From Thermoplasmata archaeon (lineage in GTDB: Archaea > Thermoplasmatota > Thermoplasmata > Thermoplasmatales > GCA-001856825), in contig JAGDXO010000020.1 in assembly GCA_023256615.1 (NCBI GenBank), forward strand, positions 3,587-64,456: 60,870 bases of DNA, given 5' to 3'. This document shows, one piece after another, positions 40,512 through 49,772 of this stretch. Position 1 is the first letter of the stretch; each line of letters begins with the position of its first letter. Both the position numbers and the translations under genes were made by a program. The notes below the pieces were generated by a model, which saw only the letters and a list, made by a program, of their open reading frames with translations, was not told the origin of the DNA and did no database searches.

Positions 40512-42065
40512 ATGAACAAAGCGATATATGTGATACCGATTGTTGCTCTCTTGATTATTTCGGGAGCTTTGGCTTTCGGATACGTGAACTCGCAATCTCA
40601 GCTCAGCGCAAAAAATTCTCAAAACTCTGTCCTTTCCACAGAACTCAACAAGACACTTTCAAATTATTCAGTTCTTCAGAGCAATTATTTATCCCAGCAG
40701 AACTCGATCAAATCTTATGAGTCTAATATACAGACACTGAAATCTGAATTGTCAAGAAACCAAACTCAGGTTGTACTCAATGATGCCTTCACACACTGGG
40801 ATTATATATCAATCGAGAACATTTCTCTTGTCATGTCCCAGTATTCCAATAATGCAACTCTCAAATGGATTGGAGGCCCTCTCTCCGGAATATACACTGG
40901 GGTTAATAACATATCTGTTACCTGGAGTAAATTCTTCTCACTCTGGAGCGCTGTATGGTTTTACACACCTTTTACACCGACTGTCAGTATAAATGGAAAT
41001 TCCAGTTCTGTTATTTCAACAGTTCAATTCGTTCTGACCTCTTACAAAACTCCTCTGGAAGTGGATTATCTCAATATAAGCTATTCTCTGGGATTTGTGT
41101 ATTCAAATGGGGGCTGGTTTATAAATAATGAGACCTGGGACATTAAATCGCATGGAATTATATCATACAGTTACGCAGAATATTCATCCCTGATATTGAA
41201 CAAAATAATGAATTATTCGTTTTCACACTGGGACTATATTGCAATTGAGAATGTATCTCTACTAGTTCCGCAGTACAATAACAACGCAACTTTGGTATGG
41301 GTCGGAGGCCCGCTATCAGGAGTGCATACCGGAATTCAGAATATTACAGCAACGTGGAATAAATTCTTCTCCCTCTGGAGTGCAGTTTGGTTCTACACTC
41401 TATCCCCCCCGACACTATCAGTCATAAATAATGAATATTACATCAATGCGCAGGTCCAATGGGTACTAACATCTGCGGAAACTCCTTTGCAGGTTAATTC
41501 AATTCTCACCAATTACACCATTGAATTCTCTTATGTTAACGGTACCCCTCTGATAATGAAGGAGATCTGGCATATTAGCAGTGCAGGTTTCATATCCTAT
41601 ACTGCGAAGGAGTATGAAAATCTTCAGGCTCAGGCATTACTGAATGCATCCTTCTCACACTGGAATAATATTGCAATAGAGAATATTTCCCTTGTGATGT
41701 CTCAGTATCACCAAAATTCAACACTTTCCTGGATAGGGGGCAAACTTGCAGGAAACTACACTAATTATTCAGAAATACAGAGTACTTGGGGTAAATTCTT
41801 TAATGCTTGGTCAGCAATCTGGTTCTATTCAGAGACTCCTCCTATGATAAATGTCAACATTTCTGGTGGGGAGATTACATCCGGCACAGTAACAGCTGAT
41901 ATACAGTTTATAGTGCAAAGTTCTTCAAATTCTTCTGTCTTTGATTACATCAATGTTTTATATACAATAGATTTCAATGTTTCAAACAATAACTTCTACA
42001 TCACCAATGAAATATTTGATAACGTAGGTTCAGGACCATTATCACAAGTGGGACCGTTTACATGA
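40512..42065 (+). CDS. Secreted/membrane-anchored glycoprotein with coiled coil and three NTF2/SnoaL-like repeats
   Basis: N-terminal hydrophobic segment, Q/S/N-rich heptads, three repeats, many N-x-S/T sequons. Confidence 0.75.
   Translation: MNKAIYVIPIVALLIISGALAFGYVNSQSQLSAKNSQNSVLSTELNKTLSNYSVLQSNYLSQQNSIKSYESNIQTLKSELSRNQTQVVLNDAFTHWDYISIENISLVMSQYSNNATLKWIGGPLSGIYTGVNNISVTWSKFFSLWSAVWFYTPFTPTVSINGNSSSVISTVQFVLTSYKTPLEVDYLNISYSLGFVYSNGGWFINNETWDIKSHGIISYSYAEYSSLILNKIMNYSFSHWDYIAIENVSLLVPQYNNNATLVWVGGPLSGVHTGIQNITATWNKFFSLWSAVWFYTLSPPTLSVINNEYYINAQVQWVLTSAETPLQVNSILTNYTIEFSYVNGTPLIMKEIWHISSAGFISYTAKEYENLQAQALLNASFSHWNNIAIENISLVMSQYHQNSTLSWIGGKLAGNYTNYSEIQSTWGKFFNAWSAIWFYSETPPMINVNISGGEITSGTVTADIQFIVQSSSNSSVFDYINVLYTIDFNVSNNNFYITNEIFDNVGSGPLSQVGPFT
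40770..42050 (+). repeat. Three intragenic domain repeats with 432-nt (144-aa) period
   Basis: Conserved His-Trp codons (CACTGG) start at 40794, 41226 and 41658; outer limits approximate. Confidence 0.9.
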
Positions 42066-42136
42066 ATGATTTTAATTTTTTTGATTCATTATTTTCAACT
42101 TTTTATACTTTTAAAGGTTTAACTAATCATTACAAA

Positions 42137-42472
42137 ATGCCAAAAAGGATAGCATTTGATGAAGTCAATATCGAGGATATTCATATTAGAAGATTATTTT
42201 ATTGGCTATTTTTTGCATCAAAGGGAGGGAAAACCAGACTAAGAATTATAAAGGAACTTCTTAATTCGCCAATGAACAAAAATGAGCTGAGCAAAAGTTT
42301 AACCTTAAATTATAGAACAGTGGAACATCACATAAAGGTGCTTTTGGAGAACAATATATTGGAAGGAGATGAAAGAAAATATGATTCTATTTTTTACATT
42401 AAGGAGAATATGAAGATGTTTATAAATAAAATAGTGGAAAAATATAATTCAGATGCAGGGGGAGAGATATGA
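42137..42472 (+). CDS. ArsR-like winged-helix transcriptional regulator
   Basis: YWLFFASKGGKTRLRII...NELSKSL.LNYRTVEHHIKVL; MPKR start at 42137 preferred to 42062, whose extra segment is T-rich and promoter-like. Confidence 0.85.
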   Translation: MPKRIAFDEVNIEDIHIRRLFYWLFFASKGGKTRLRIIKELLNSPMNKNELSKSLTLNYRTVEHHIKVLLENNILEGDERKYDSIFYIKENMKMFINKIVEKYNSDAGGEI

Positions 42473-42756
42473 TAGGTATTATGTGGATTGCCAATATTTT
42501 AATAGGTGTCATAGACCTCGTACTATTCATCCAAATAGCTTCAGTAATCTTAAGGGACTATAAAAATACCAAAGCCAAAATGATGAAAAATTTACTCATA
42601 TTTTCAATATTCATGGTGGTTTATGCACTTTCCTCAATAATTAGCAGCATTTATCTTTCAATGAGTTTCGGATACAATGTTGCTTTACCGTTGCTTGTTG
42701 TAAATATTATCTCAGTAGCTGGCTTTATATTGCTGTATAATGTAATAAGAACATAA
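42469..42756 (+). CDS. Small three-TM membrane protein
   Basis: 95 aa with three hydrophobic segments; ATGA overlap with the regulator. Confidence 0.75.
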   Translation: MIGIMWIANILIGVIDLVLFIQIASVILRDYKNTKAKMMKNLLIFSIFMVVYALSSIISSIYLSMSFGYNVALPLLVVNIISVAGFILLYNVIRT

Positions 42757-42777
42757 ATTCTTATTTTTTAAGATGTT

Positions 42778-43770
42778 CTATATCACTTTTTTAAATCCTG
42801 AATAGATTAGAAAAATTAGTCCTGATACTGCCAGGAAGTCACTGATTATTGTTCTGTTGAAAGTCCCAAATAACAACAAGACTGCGTTGAAAGTAGAATA
42901 AAAAAGAAGCAAGCTTCTGTGGTTATTAATATCAGGATTCATATAATGAAAAAATATATAAAAATATATTACGCATATGACCAAAAAAATTGTAACTGGT
43001 CCGAGCAGCCATGATACTCTGTTCCCTACTATGATTGGAACGCCCAGAGCAATGGCCCACATAATTAGTGATATATCAATTCCTGGTACCCATATGCTTC
43101 CAACTTTGTTTTTGAGAATATGATTTCTTTTATCTAAAAATGCGGCCACCGTTAAAAATGTTGTAATCAATAATAAAATTATCAAAGATATTGGTTCTGG
43201 GGTTCTTCCAGCCTTTATTGAGCCGTAAATGAAGGTATAATAGATTATTCCCAATGAAAGGAGCATTATTGTATAGGTAGTGGCATTTAGAAATGGTTCT
43301 CTTAATGTATCTTCTGAAATTATGTGAACGATTACAATTGTAGAGCATACAGTTATAATTGCATGGAAGAGCATTATGTAAATAGTCCAGGTAACATTGA
43401 GACCAATTAATGAAAGCCATAAAGTGTGCGTTGCTGTAGATTCCATTGTAAATAATGCAAAACCTTCCTCTAAAATTCCATAAATCAATCCTAGCAGGTA
43501 TATCGTTCCGAAGTTCAGTTTAAACCTGATTGAAATATCCGCTATAATTGATACCTGAAATCCATAAAAAATTATTCCTTCTATTGCAGAAATTGGATAC
43601 TTTAAAATACCCTCTACACTCGTTGACCCAGTTAAAATTTCTGCCCCAAAATAACTTATTAAGGAGAAAAGAAAAATATTAACCAACATCATTCTTCTGC
43701 TGTATTTCTTTACTGATAGATTTTCGGGATAAATTTCTTCGCAATAATCAGCTGTCTCAGTCTCCTGCAC
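42778..43770 (-). CDS. Hypothetical polytopic membrane protein
   Basis: About 10 TM segments; LGLIYGILEEG and FHAIIT motifs; start uncertain. Confidence 0.7.
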   Translation of the reverse strand: MQETETADYCEEIYPENLSVKKYSRRMMLVNIFLFSLISYFGAEILTGSTSVEGILKYPISAIEGIIFYGFQVSIIADISIRFKLNFGTIYLLGLIYGILEEGFALFTMESTATHTLWLSLIGLNVTWTIYIMLFHAIITVCSTIVIVHIISEDTLREPFLNATTYTIMLLSLGIIYYTFIYGSIKAGRTPEPISLIILLLITTFLTVAAFLDKRNHILKNKVGSIWVPGIDISLIMWAIALGVPIIVGNRVSWLLGPVTIFLVICVIYFYIFFHYMNPDINNHRSLLLFYSTFNAVLLLFGTFNRTIISDFLAVSGLIFLIYSGFKKVI

Positions 43771-43926
43771 TTTTAAATTATGTTAAAATTATATTTAAAT
43801 TTACTTATGAAATAAAATTTGTATGAGAATTTTATTTATATAATATTATCCTATCTGTAATTTATTACTTTCATCCTTGCTGTATGATATTTAAAAATAA
43901 TTTTAATACATTTTTTATCTTACCAT

Positions 43927-44856
43927 TTAATCCTTGAGTTCTTCCATCACCATTGAGTTATGACCATCAATGAGTAGGAGAATTGATTTATCCTTGTGCT
44001 CAAACAGCAATGACCATATTGGAATATGTACGAGGAACACATCTGATATATCCACATTTACTTCTGCTGAAAGAAATCCATGAATTCTTTTTTGAAGTCT
44101 TCTTATCTCCCACTGCTGTAACCTTATTTTACCCTCTACTCTGGCTTTTTCCTCACCTATGTATCCATTTAAGAGCTTTACTGGACCAGAGATGTCGCTA
44201 GAATTCAGTTCCCTCCTTGCTGTAAGATTAAATATGTAATCTGGAGGCTGATACTGATTGAGGCTTTCTACGGCAATGACTGGATATTTTACTTCCCCTA
44301 CATCAGTTCCTGATTCCACTACGGTTTGGAAGTTAACAGTTGGGCCTGCAAATCCACCTCTCCCCCCCATTCCTACACCTATGAAACCTCCTGGTTGCGC
44401 TTCCTCTCTCTTGAATCTATATTGTGCAGTATATCCTGCATCTATAATCCAGTAAGGAACATTCATTAACTCTATTTTTTTGAGTGTACTTTTTTCAAAG
44501 AGATGTTTATGCAGAATACTCCTGTCAAGGAAATTTCTTGCAACATTTTCTGCATCTTCCTTCATTTTTACCTTTAAGTCTAGTATAAAATGCTTGTTAA
44601 TTTTCGACCAGCCAGCCGAGCCAAGAGAAATGGATGTGCCACAATACTGGCATACTACCATCGCTTCTCCAGCTTGTGGACTCAGTGGAGCTCCACAGCT
44701 AGGACATTTCATATCTTTTAGAATTTGATCCTGCCCGACATTTGAAACCTGTGCATCCCCCTGGTTAGATTGAGGGTTTGACTGTTGTGGTGCACCACAT
44801 TTAGGACAGAATAATGAATCATCTGGAATTTGCGCTCCGCATTTTCTGCAATACAT
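43927..44856 (-). CDS. Zinc-ribbon domain protein (YdjG-like)
   Basis: CRKCG..FCPKCG, CPSCG..CQYCG, VPYW, HIPIW, IDG. Confidence 0.75.
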   Translation of the reverse strand: MYCRKCGAQIPDDSLFCPKCGAPQQSNPQSNQGDAQVSNVGQDQILKDMKCPSCGAPLSPQAGEAMVVCQYCGTSISLGSAGWSKINKHFILDLKVKMKEDAENVARNFLDRSILHKHLFEKSTLKKIELMNVPYWIIDAGYTAQYRFKREEAQPGGFIGVGMGGRGGFAGPTVNFQTVVESGTDVGEVKYPVIAVESLNQYQPPDYIFNLTARRELNSSDISGPVKLLNGYIGEEKARVEGKIRLQQWEIRRLQKRIHGFLSAEVNVDISDVFLVHIPIWSLLFEHKDKSILLLIDGHNSMVMEELKD

Positions 44857-46017
44857 TTATACCACCTTCTCACCGCAGTTAGGACAGAATTTAGCCCCTG
44901 CCGGTATTTCTGTACCGCACTTTGGGCATTTCTGGCTTAACGGTTTTCCGCATTCAGGACAGAATTTTGAATTTTTTGGTATATCCTTACCGCAGTATGG
45001 ACATTTCATAGTTTCGCCCGAAGAAAAATTATATCCGCATTCAGGACAGAATTTAGCGTTTTGATCGACTGTAGCTCCGCATTTAGGGCATTTTTTCCCA
45101 CCCTGATTTTGCTGAGGTGCCTGATTTATTCCCTGAGATATATTTGATGCCATTGGATAAGCCATACCTGCTCCAGCTCCCAGACCCATCCCTATTCCAA
45201 CTCCAGCCCCTGCAGCACCCGATGTATTTTTAGCTGCGTCCACCATTGCCTGGCCCGCCTGGAATTGAAGGTAATTCACCCCGAGGACCTGCATGCTTGA
45301 TCTTGCATCTACTGCCTTTTGGACTTCATCAGGTAAAGAGATGTTAAGCCCAGAAATCTTGTTGATTTCTATCCCATATTGATCAAAAGATGATTTGGAA
45401 TTTGCCAGAACTGCTTCCTCTATATTGATGAGATTTGACGGTAGATCTAGAACGGAAATACCCTGATCTTTCATCTTGCCCAGTATACTGTAAATTAACA
45501 ATACAACCTGCTCTCTTATCCTTTCCTCTACGTCTGCACTGGTTTCAGCAGCAAATGTTCCTACAAACTGATTTATAAAAATCGATGGATCGGAAATTCT
45601 GTACCTCATTTCTCCGAATATTCTTAACATTACAACACCGAAATCTTTGTCCCTAAAGGCATAAGGTTCCTTTGAGCCAAATTTTCCGTCAAATATTCTC
45701 CTTTGAATATAGTAAACTTCTGCCTGTTGCTGAATACCTGTAAGGAGTTTTACTATTTCTCCCACAATTGGGGCATTCAAATCTGTAAGAGCAAATCTTC
45801 CAGGTTTATCAAGGTATGCTATAGCCTTTCCATCCCTGTAAAAAACGGCAGTTTCATCTTCTCTAACAACTATATTGTCGTTTAGCCTTATAAGTCTTGG
45901 AACTTTCCACATTATATTTCCCTGCTTGAACTGATCTTCCCATTCCATCGTTATGGAACCGAAAACGCTTCCTCCATTAGGTGGAATTCCGCCGGGATTG
46001 TTTTTCTTAAAAACCAT
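44857..46017 (-). CDS. SPFH/band-7 domain protein with three zinc-ribbon units (YdjI-like)
   Basis: IVVREDETAVFYRDG, G.MRYRI.DP, ISLPDEV, GAGVGIGMG, three CPxCG...FCPxCG units. Confidence 0.85.
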   Translation of the reverse strand: MVFKKNNPGGIPPNGGSVFGSITMEWEDQFKQGNIMWKVPRLIRLNDNIVVREDETAVFYRDGKAIAYLDKPGRFALTDLNAPIVGEIVKLLTGIQQQAEVYYIQRRIFDGKFGSKEPYAFRDKDFGVVMLRIFGEMRYRISDPSIFINQFVGTFAAETSADVEERIREQVVLLIYSILGKMKDQGISVLDLPSNLINIEEAVLANSKSSFDQYGIEINKISGLNISLPDEVQKAVDARSSMQVLGVNYLQFQAGQAMVDAAKNTSGAAGAGVGIGMGLGAGAGMAYPMASNISQGINQAPQQNQGGKKCPKCGATVDQNAKFCPECGYNFSSGETMKCPYCGKDIPKNSKFCPECGKPLSQKCPKCGTEIPAGAKFCPNCGEKVV

Positions 46018-46539
46018 TTAAACCCCTCCATAAAGTAACTTTTCTCTTGAATCGTTGACTGTCTTAATATTTGATAGAGTATTCATTATCTGAGATACTG
46101 AGTCCGGATTTACTACCCCGCCCATTGCATCTTGATAAAATTTATTGGCAAGTTCGTTAAGATTAACTATCTGTTGAAATATCTGCATATCAAGATCATA
46201 TAATGAGGAAATTTTATTTGCATTGACCCTGATAGGTGCTGATATTCCAGAATATCCAGCAGTATGATGCTTTATGTCAGCTGCAAGCATCTGTATTTCA
46301 GACCTTATTTTTCCAACTGACTCCAAAGCCTTGAAGTTTGCACTTGAAACCAGACCTGCCTCACCATTCTTTATAATATCTATTATGGATAGCATTTTTT
46401 TATAAAGTTCATCCTTTAAATATATATCCGCGTCCCGGAGATCTTCATTTACCCTGTAACCGTGATAACCGGGGAATATAAGCTGCAGCCTTTTTATTGT
46501 CCCCCGGTCATCTACAATTTGATCTCTAATATCTGACAT
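46018..46539 (-). CDS. Conserved alpha-helical hypothetical protein
   Basis: FPGYHGY...LRDAD and AGYSG...LYDLD motifs; TAAATG coupling to the SPFH gene. Confidence 0.75.
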   Translation of the reverse strand: MSDIRDQIVDDRGTIKRLQLIFPGYHGYRVNEDLRDADIYLKDELYKKMLSIIDIIKNGEAGLVSSANFKALESVGKIRSEIQMLAADIKHHTAGYSGISAPIRVNANKISSLYDLDMQIFQQIVNLNELANKFYQDAMGGVVNPDSVSQIMNTLSNIKTVNDSREKLLYGGV

Positions 46540-46623
46540 TGATTATGGAAATGTTTTTTATTTAAATATTTTCCCTAATATGACAATAGACAATATTTAA
46601 CAACTTTCTTTTAATTCAGGGGT

Positions 46624-47961
46624 ATGAGAAACGAGGGTGAGAGTGGGGGAGAAATTTATAATGACCTAGCTTTAAAAAATTCGAAATATTTTCAAGGGAA
46701 AATACAAACTCTACCTAAGGTTCCTATAACCAGTCTTGACGATTTCTCCATATGGTATACTCCAGGAGTTGCTGCTGTTTCCAATAAAATAGCTCAGGAT
46801 AAAGACCTATCTTTCGAGATGACTTGGAGATGGAATACAGTCGCAATTATAACTGATGGTACAAGGGTTCTCGGACTCGGGAACATTGGTCCTGAAGCTT
46901 CTTTACCTGTGATGGAGGGGAAGGCACTAATATTCAAATATCTCGGAGGAGTAGATGCAATACCCGTCCCCATTAATGTTCATGAAAAGGAAAAAATGGT
47001 AGAAGTCGCAAGAGCTCTTGAACCTGCCTTTGGGGGCATAAATTTGGAAGATATAGAATCTCCAAAATGTTTTTACCTTCTCGAGACACTGAGAGAGAGC
47101 ATGAATATCCCTGTGTGGCACGATGATCAGTTAGGAACCGCAGGAGCTACACTTGCAGGAGCGTTTAACGCATTAAAAATCACAGGAAGAACACCGAAGG
47201 ATTCAAAAATTGTTTTCTTTGGATCTGGGGCAGCAAATGTAGCGACAGTAAAGTTGTTCAAGGCTGCAGGATTTGATTTAAACAATATAATAATGGTGGA
47301 CTCAAAGGGGATTTTACATCCAGAAAGGGAGGATATGGATAATCTTATGATCACCAATCCGTGGAAATATGAACTTGGTATCCAGACCAATGCTGAAAGA
47401 AGGAAGGGAAATATAGAGAATGCACTGGAAGGAGCTGATTTATTGGTAGCCGCTTCACATCCTGGCCCAGGTGTGATAAAGGGTGAATGGATAAGAAAAA
47501 TGAATAAGAGGGCAATAGTGTTTGCACTTGCCAACCCTGTACCGGAAATATGGCCAAGCGAAGCAAAGGAAAATGGTGCTGAGATAGTTGCAACTGGGAG
47601 ATCGGATTTCCCGAATCAGGTAAATAATAGCTTAGTTTTCCCAGGAGTATTCAGGGGAGCTCTTGATTCAAGAACAAGGAAAATTAATGAGGACATGATT
47701 GTCAAAGCATCCCAGGAACTTGCAAATTTTGCAGCGGAAAGGGGGCTTAATTCAAATTATATCATACCGACTATGGAAGATTGGGAGGTTTTCCCCAGGG
47801 TTGCTGCAACAATTGCAGATAGTGCTGTAAAGGAAAATTTTGCTAGAATCAAATTATCTAAGAATGAATTTCTTGAAAGGGCAAGGGAGATTATTTCCAA
47901 GAACAGGATGATGATAGAAAAACTCATGAAAGACGAATTAATAGAGGTGATGGTGAAATGA
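46624..47961 (+). CDS. NAD(P)-dependent malic enzyme
   Basis: YTPGVA, TDGTRVLGLG, MEGKA, INLEDI, HDDQ, ANPVPE, NQVNN. Confidence 0.95.
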   Translation: MRNEGESGGEIYNDLALKNSKYFQGKIQTLPKVPITSLDDFSIWYTPGVAAVSNKIAQDKDLSFEMTWRWNTVAIITDGTRVLGLGNIGPEASLPVMEGKALIFKYLGGVDAIPVPINVHEKEKMVEVARALEPAFGGINLEDIESPKCFYLLETLRESMNIPVWHDDQLGTAGATLAGAFNALKITGRTPKDSKIVFFGSGAANVATVKLFKAAGFDLNNIIMVDSKGILHPEREDMDNLMITNPWKYELGIQTNAERRKGNIENALEGADLLVAASHPGPGVIKGEWIRKMNKRAIVFALANPVPEIWPSEAKENGAEIVATGRSDFPNQVNNSLVFPGVFRGALDSRTRKINEDMIVKASQELANFAAERGLNSNYIIPTMEDWEVFPRVAATIADSAVKENFARIKLSKNEFLERAREIISKNRMMIEKLMKDELIEVMVK

Positions 47962-48434
47962 GTATGGAAATAAAGATTAGAGAAATAAAGGAAGAAGATG
48001 TTAGAGAGGCTGCGAATTTGATTGTAAGACTTAAAAAATTCAATTCAGAACACGATCCACTTTTTTCATTGAATGAAAAAATAGAGGAATCTGTGGTATC
48101 ATATCTGAAAAGTGCAATAAAACTCGAGACAAGGGATGCTATGATAGCAGAAAGTTCAAATAAGATAGTTGGAATTGTAATGGCAGATGTTAATGATAGG
48201 ATATTCTATGAACCTCTAAAGGAGGTAAGAATAACTGAACTATATGTTCTACCGGAGTTCAGAAAAGGTGGCTTGGGGAGAAAATTAATTGATGCCATAG
48301 TTGAGAAGGAGAAAAAGAAAGGATGCTCTGTACTCACTGTTGAATTCCCCACAGAGAATCTTGTAGCTCATAAATTCTATACAGGACTGGGAATGAGAAG
48401 CATAATATCTGTATATGGGAAGAAAATAAACTAA
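47958..48434 (+). CDS. GNAT-family N-acetyltransferase
   Basis: LYVLPEFRKGGLGRKL (motif A), N..A.KFY..LG. Confidence 0.9.
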   Translation: MSMEIKIREIKEEDVREAANLIVRLKKFNSEHDPLFSLNEKIEESVVSYLKSAIKLETRDAMIAESSNKIVGIVMADVNDRIFYEPLKEVRITELYVLPEFRKGGLGRKLIDAIVEKEKKKGCSVLTVEFPTENLVAHKFYTGLGMRSIISVYGKKIN

Positions 48435-48436
48435 GC

Positions 48437-49387
48437 ATGAAAGCTGTAGTCATTAGGGAGCCAGGCGGGCTAATAAATACGAGGATAGAGGATATAGATG
48501 AACCTAGGAATGGAATAATCGTAAAGGTGGCATATGCAGGTCTTAATCCTGTGGACATAAATACAATCAGGGGGAAGACAAATTATAAATTAAATCCATA
48601 CCCTCATATCCCTGGGGCAGAATTTGTTGGTACTATAAGCGATCCTGGAAAATCCGAAAAATTCAAAAAGGGAGAGAGAGTTATTATTTTTCCAAGAATA
48701 TTTGATGGAACATGTGATAAATGCCTTGAAGGCAAAGAAGAATTATGCAGAAATGGCGGTATAATAGGCGTCACTTCCAATGGCGGCTTTGCAGAATACT
48801 TTTCCACAGACGAGGAACATCTGATCAGAATACCTGATGGCATGAGTTTTGAAGATGCAGTATCCTTGCCTGTAGGCGGATTGACATCTTATCATGCTTT
48901 AAAGCTTGCAAACTTAAAGAGTAATGAGCGTATTTTGGTAGTAGGTGCATCCGGCAATACTGGGATATATGGACTGATGATCGCGAAATATTTGGGAGCA
49001 AGGGTTTACTACATTTCTAGAAAGGAGTGGCTGAAGGACCTTGGTGCCGAGCCATGGAATGGAGAGACTGTAGATGTTATCTTAAATTCACTTGGTTCGG
49101 AGTTCTGGGATAAATACCTGGGTTATATGGATGCAGGTGGGAGGCTGGTTACTTTCGGCACATTCACTGGAGTTGAAGGAAAGCTCAACATTGCATATCT
49201 GTATACAGGCGAGAGATCAATAATTGGATCAACAGGTGGGACAAGGAAAGAAATGTTAGAACTTATAAATATAGTATTAAAAAATAATATGAAAAGCAAA
49301 ATATGGAAAATTTACAAATTAGAAGAATACGAAAAGGCAATAGAAGAATATGACAAAAAAGATGGGCGTATTTTGCTAAAGTTATAA
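48437..49387 (+). CDS. MDR-superfamily (alcohol dehydrogenase/quinone reductase-like) oxidoreductase
   Basis: LNPVD, IPGAE, D..CxxC..C structural Zn, VVGASGNTG. Confidence 0.85.
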   Translation: MKAVVIREPGGLINTRIEDIDEPRNGIIVKVAYAGLNPVDINTIRGKTNYKLNPYPHIPGAEFVGTISDPGKSEKFKKGERVIIFPRIFDGTCDKCLEGKEELCRNGGIIGVTSNGGFAEYFSTDEEHLIRIPDGMSFEDAVSLPVGGLTSYHALKLANLKSNERILVVGASGNTGIYGLMIAKYLGARVYYISRKEWLKDLGAEPWNGETVDVILNSLGSEFWDKYLGYMDAGGRLVTFGTFTGVEGKLNIAYLYTGERSIIGSTGGTRKEMLELINIVLKNNMKSKIWKIYKLEEYEKAIEEYDKKDGRILLKL

Positions 49388-49413
49388 ACAACCTAGAGTT
49401 TTAGTCTTACTAA

Positions 49414-49494
49414 CGCGGGGAGAGGGAATCGAACCCTCGATCCCATAGGGAAACGGCTTAGCAGGCCGTCGCCTTACCGCTCGGCTATCCCCGC
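49414..49494 (-). tRNA. tRNA-Ser (anticodon GCT)
   Basis: Cloverleaf: acceptor GCGGGGA/TCCCCGC, anticodon arm ACGGC-CTGCTAA-GCCGT, variable arm TCCC-TAT-GGGA, T arm GAGGG-TTCGATT-CCCTC, discriminator G; no intron, CCA not encoded. Confidence 0.93.
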
Positions 49495-49656
49495 TTATAT
49501 TTTACCGAAACGGTCGGACATTTCGGTCGCGAGTTGCTCAAGTATTTCTTCCAGTTCATCACCTTCAAGTATGAGCTCGTCTCCATTGGGATTAGTAATT
49601 ACCACCTTAAAAGATTCACCATCATGATATACGTCAACTTCTGCCAACTTTTGCAT
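49495..49656 (-). CDS. Small acidic hypothetical protein (53 aa); not in ORF track
   Basis: MQKLAEVDVYHDGESFKVVITNPNGDELILEGDELEEILEQLATEMSDRFGKI*; BRE/TATA-like AAAAAAATTAATAAA about 30 nt upstream. Confidence 0.65.
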   Translation of the reverse strand: MQKLAEVDVYHDGESFKVVITNPNGDELILEGDELEEILEQLATEMSDRFGKI

Positions 49657-49772
49657 GTTTATCAAATGGTCATATCTACTATTTATTAATTTTTTTGCTG
49701 TAACTAGGTTAAATATTCGTAGTTTTGATAATTACTAAAAGTTAATCATTTTATGAGAGTCATATTCATTTA

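Noticed and set aside
40481-40992. Alternative-frame ORFs 40481-40720 and 40771-40992
   Set aside because: They overlap the 517-aa repeat protein, whose frame is supported by its signal peptide and repeat periodicity
42062-42136. N-terminal extension of the ArsR ORF in the track (MNDFNFFDSLFSTF...)
   Set aside because: T-rich sequence resembling the upstream terminator plus a TATA box; ATG 42137 is the more plausible start
43771-43926. AT-rich gap as a possible ncRNA or origin
   Set aside because: No stable structure, box motifs or ORBs; consistent with a terminator plus promoter
44860-45100. Short DNA repeats (CAGGACAGAATTT-like) as a possible CRISPR or tandem repeat
   Set aside because: They encode the repeated KFCPxCG zinc-ribbon units; no repeat-spacer array or cas genes are present
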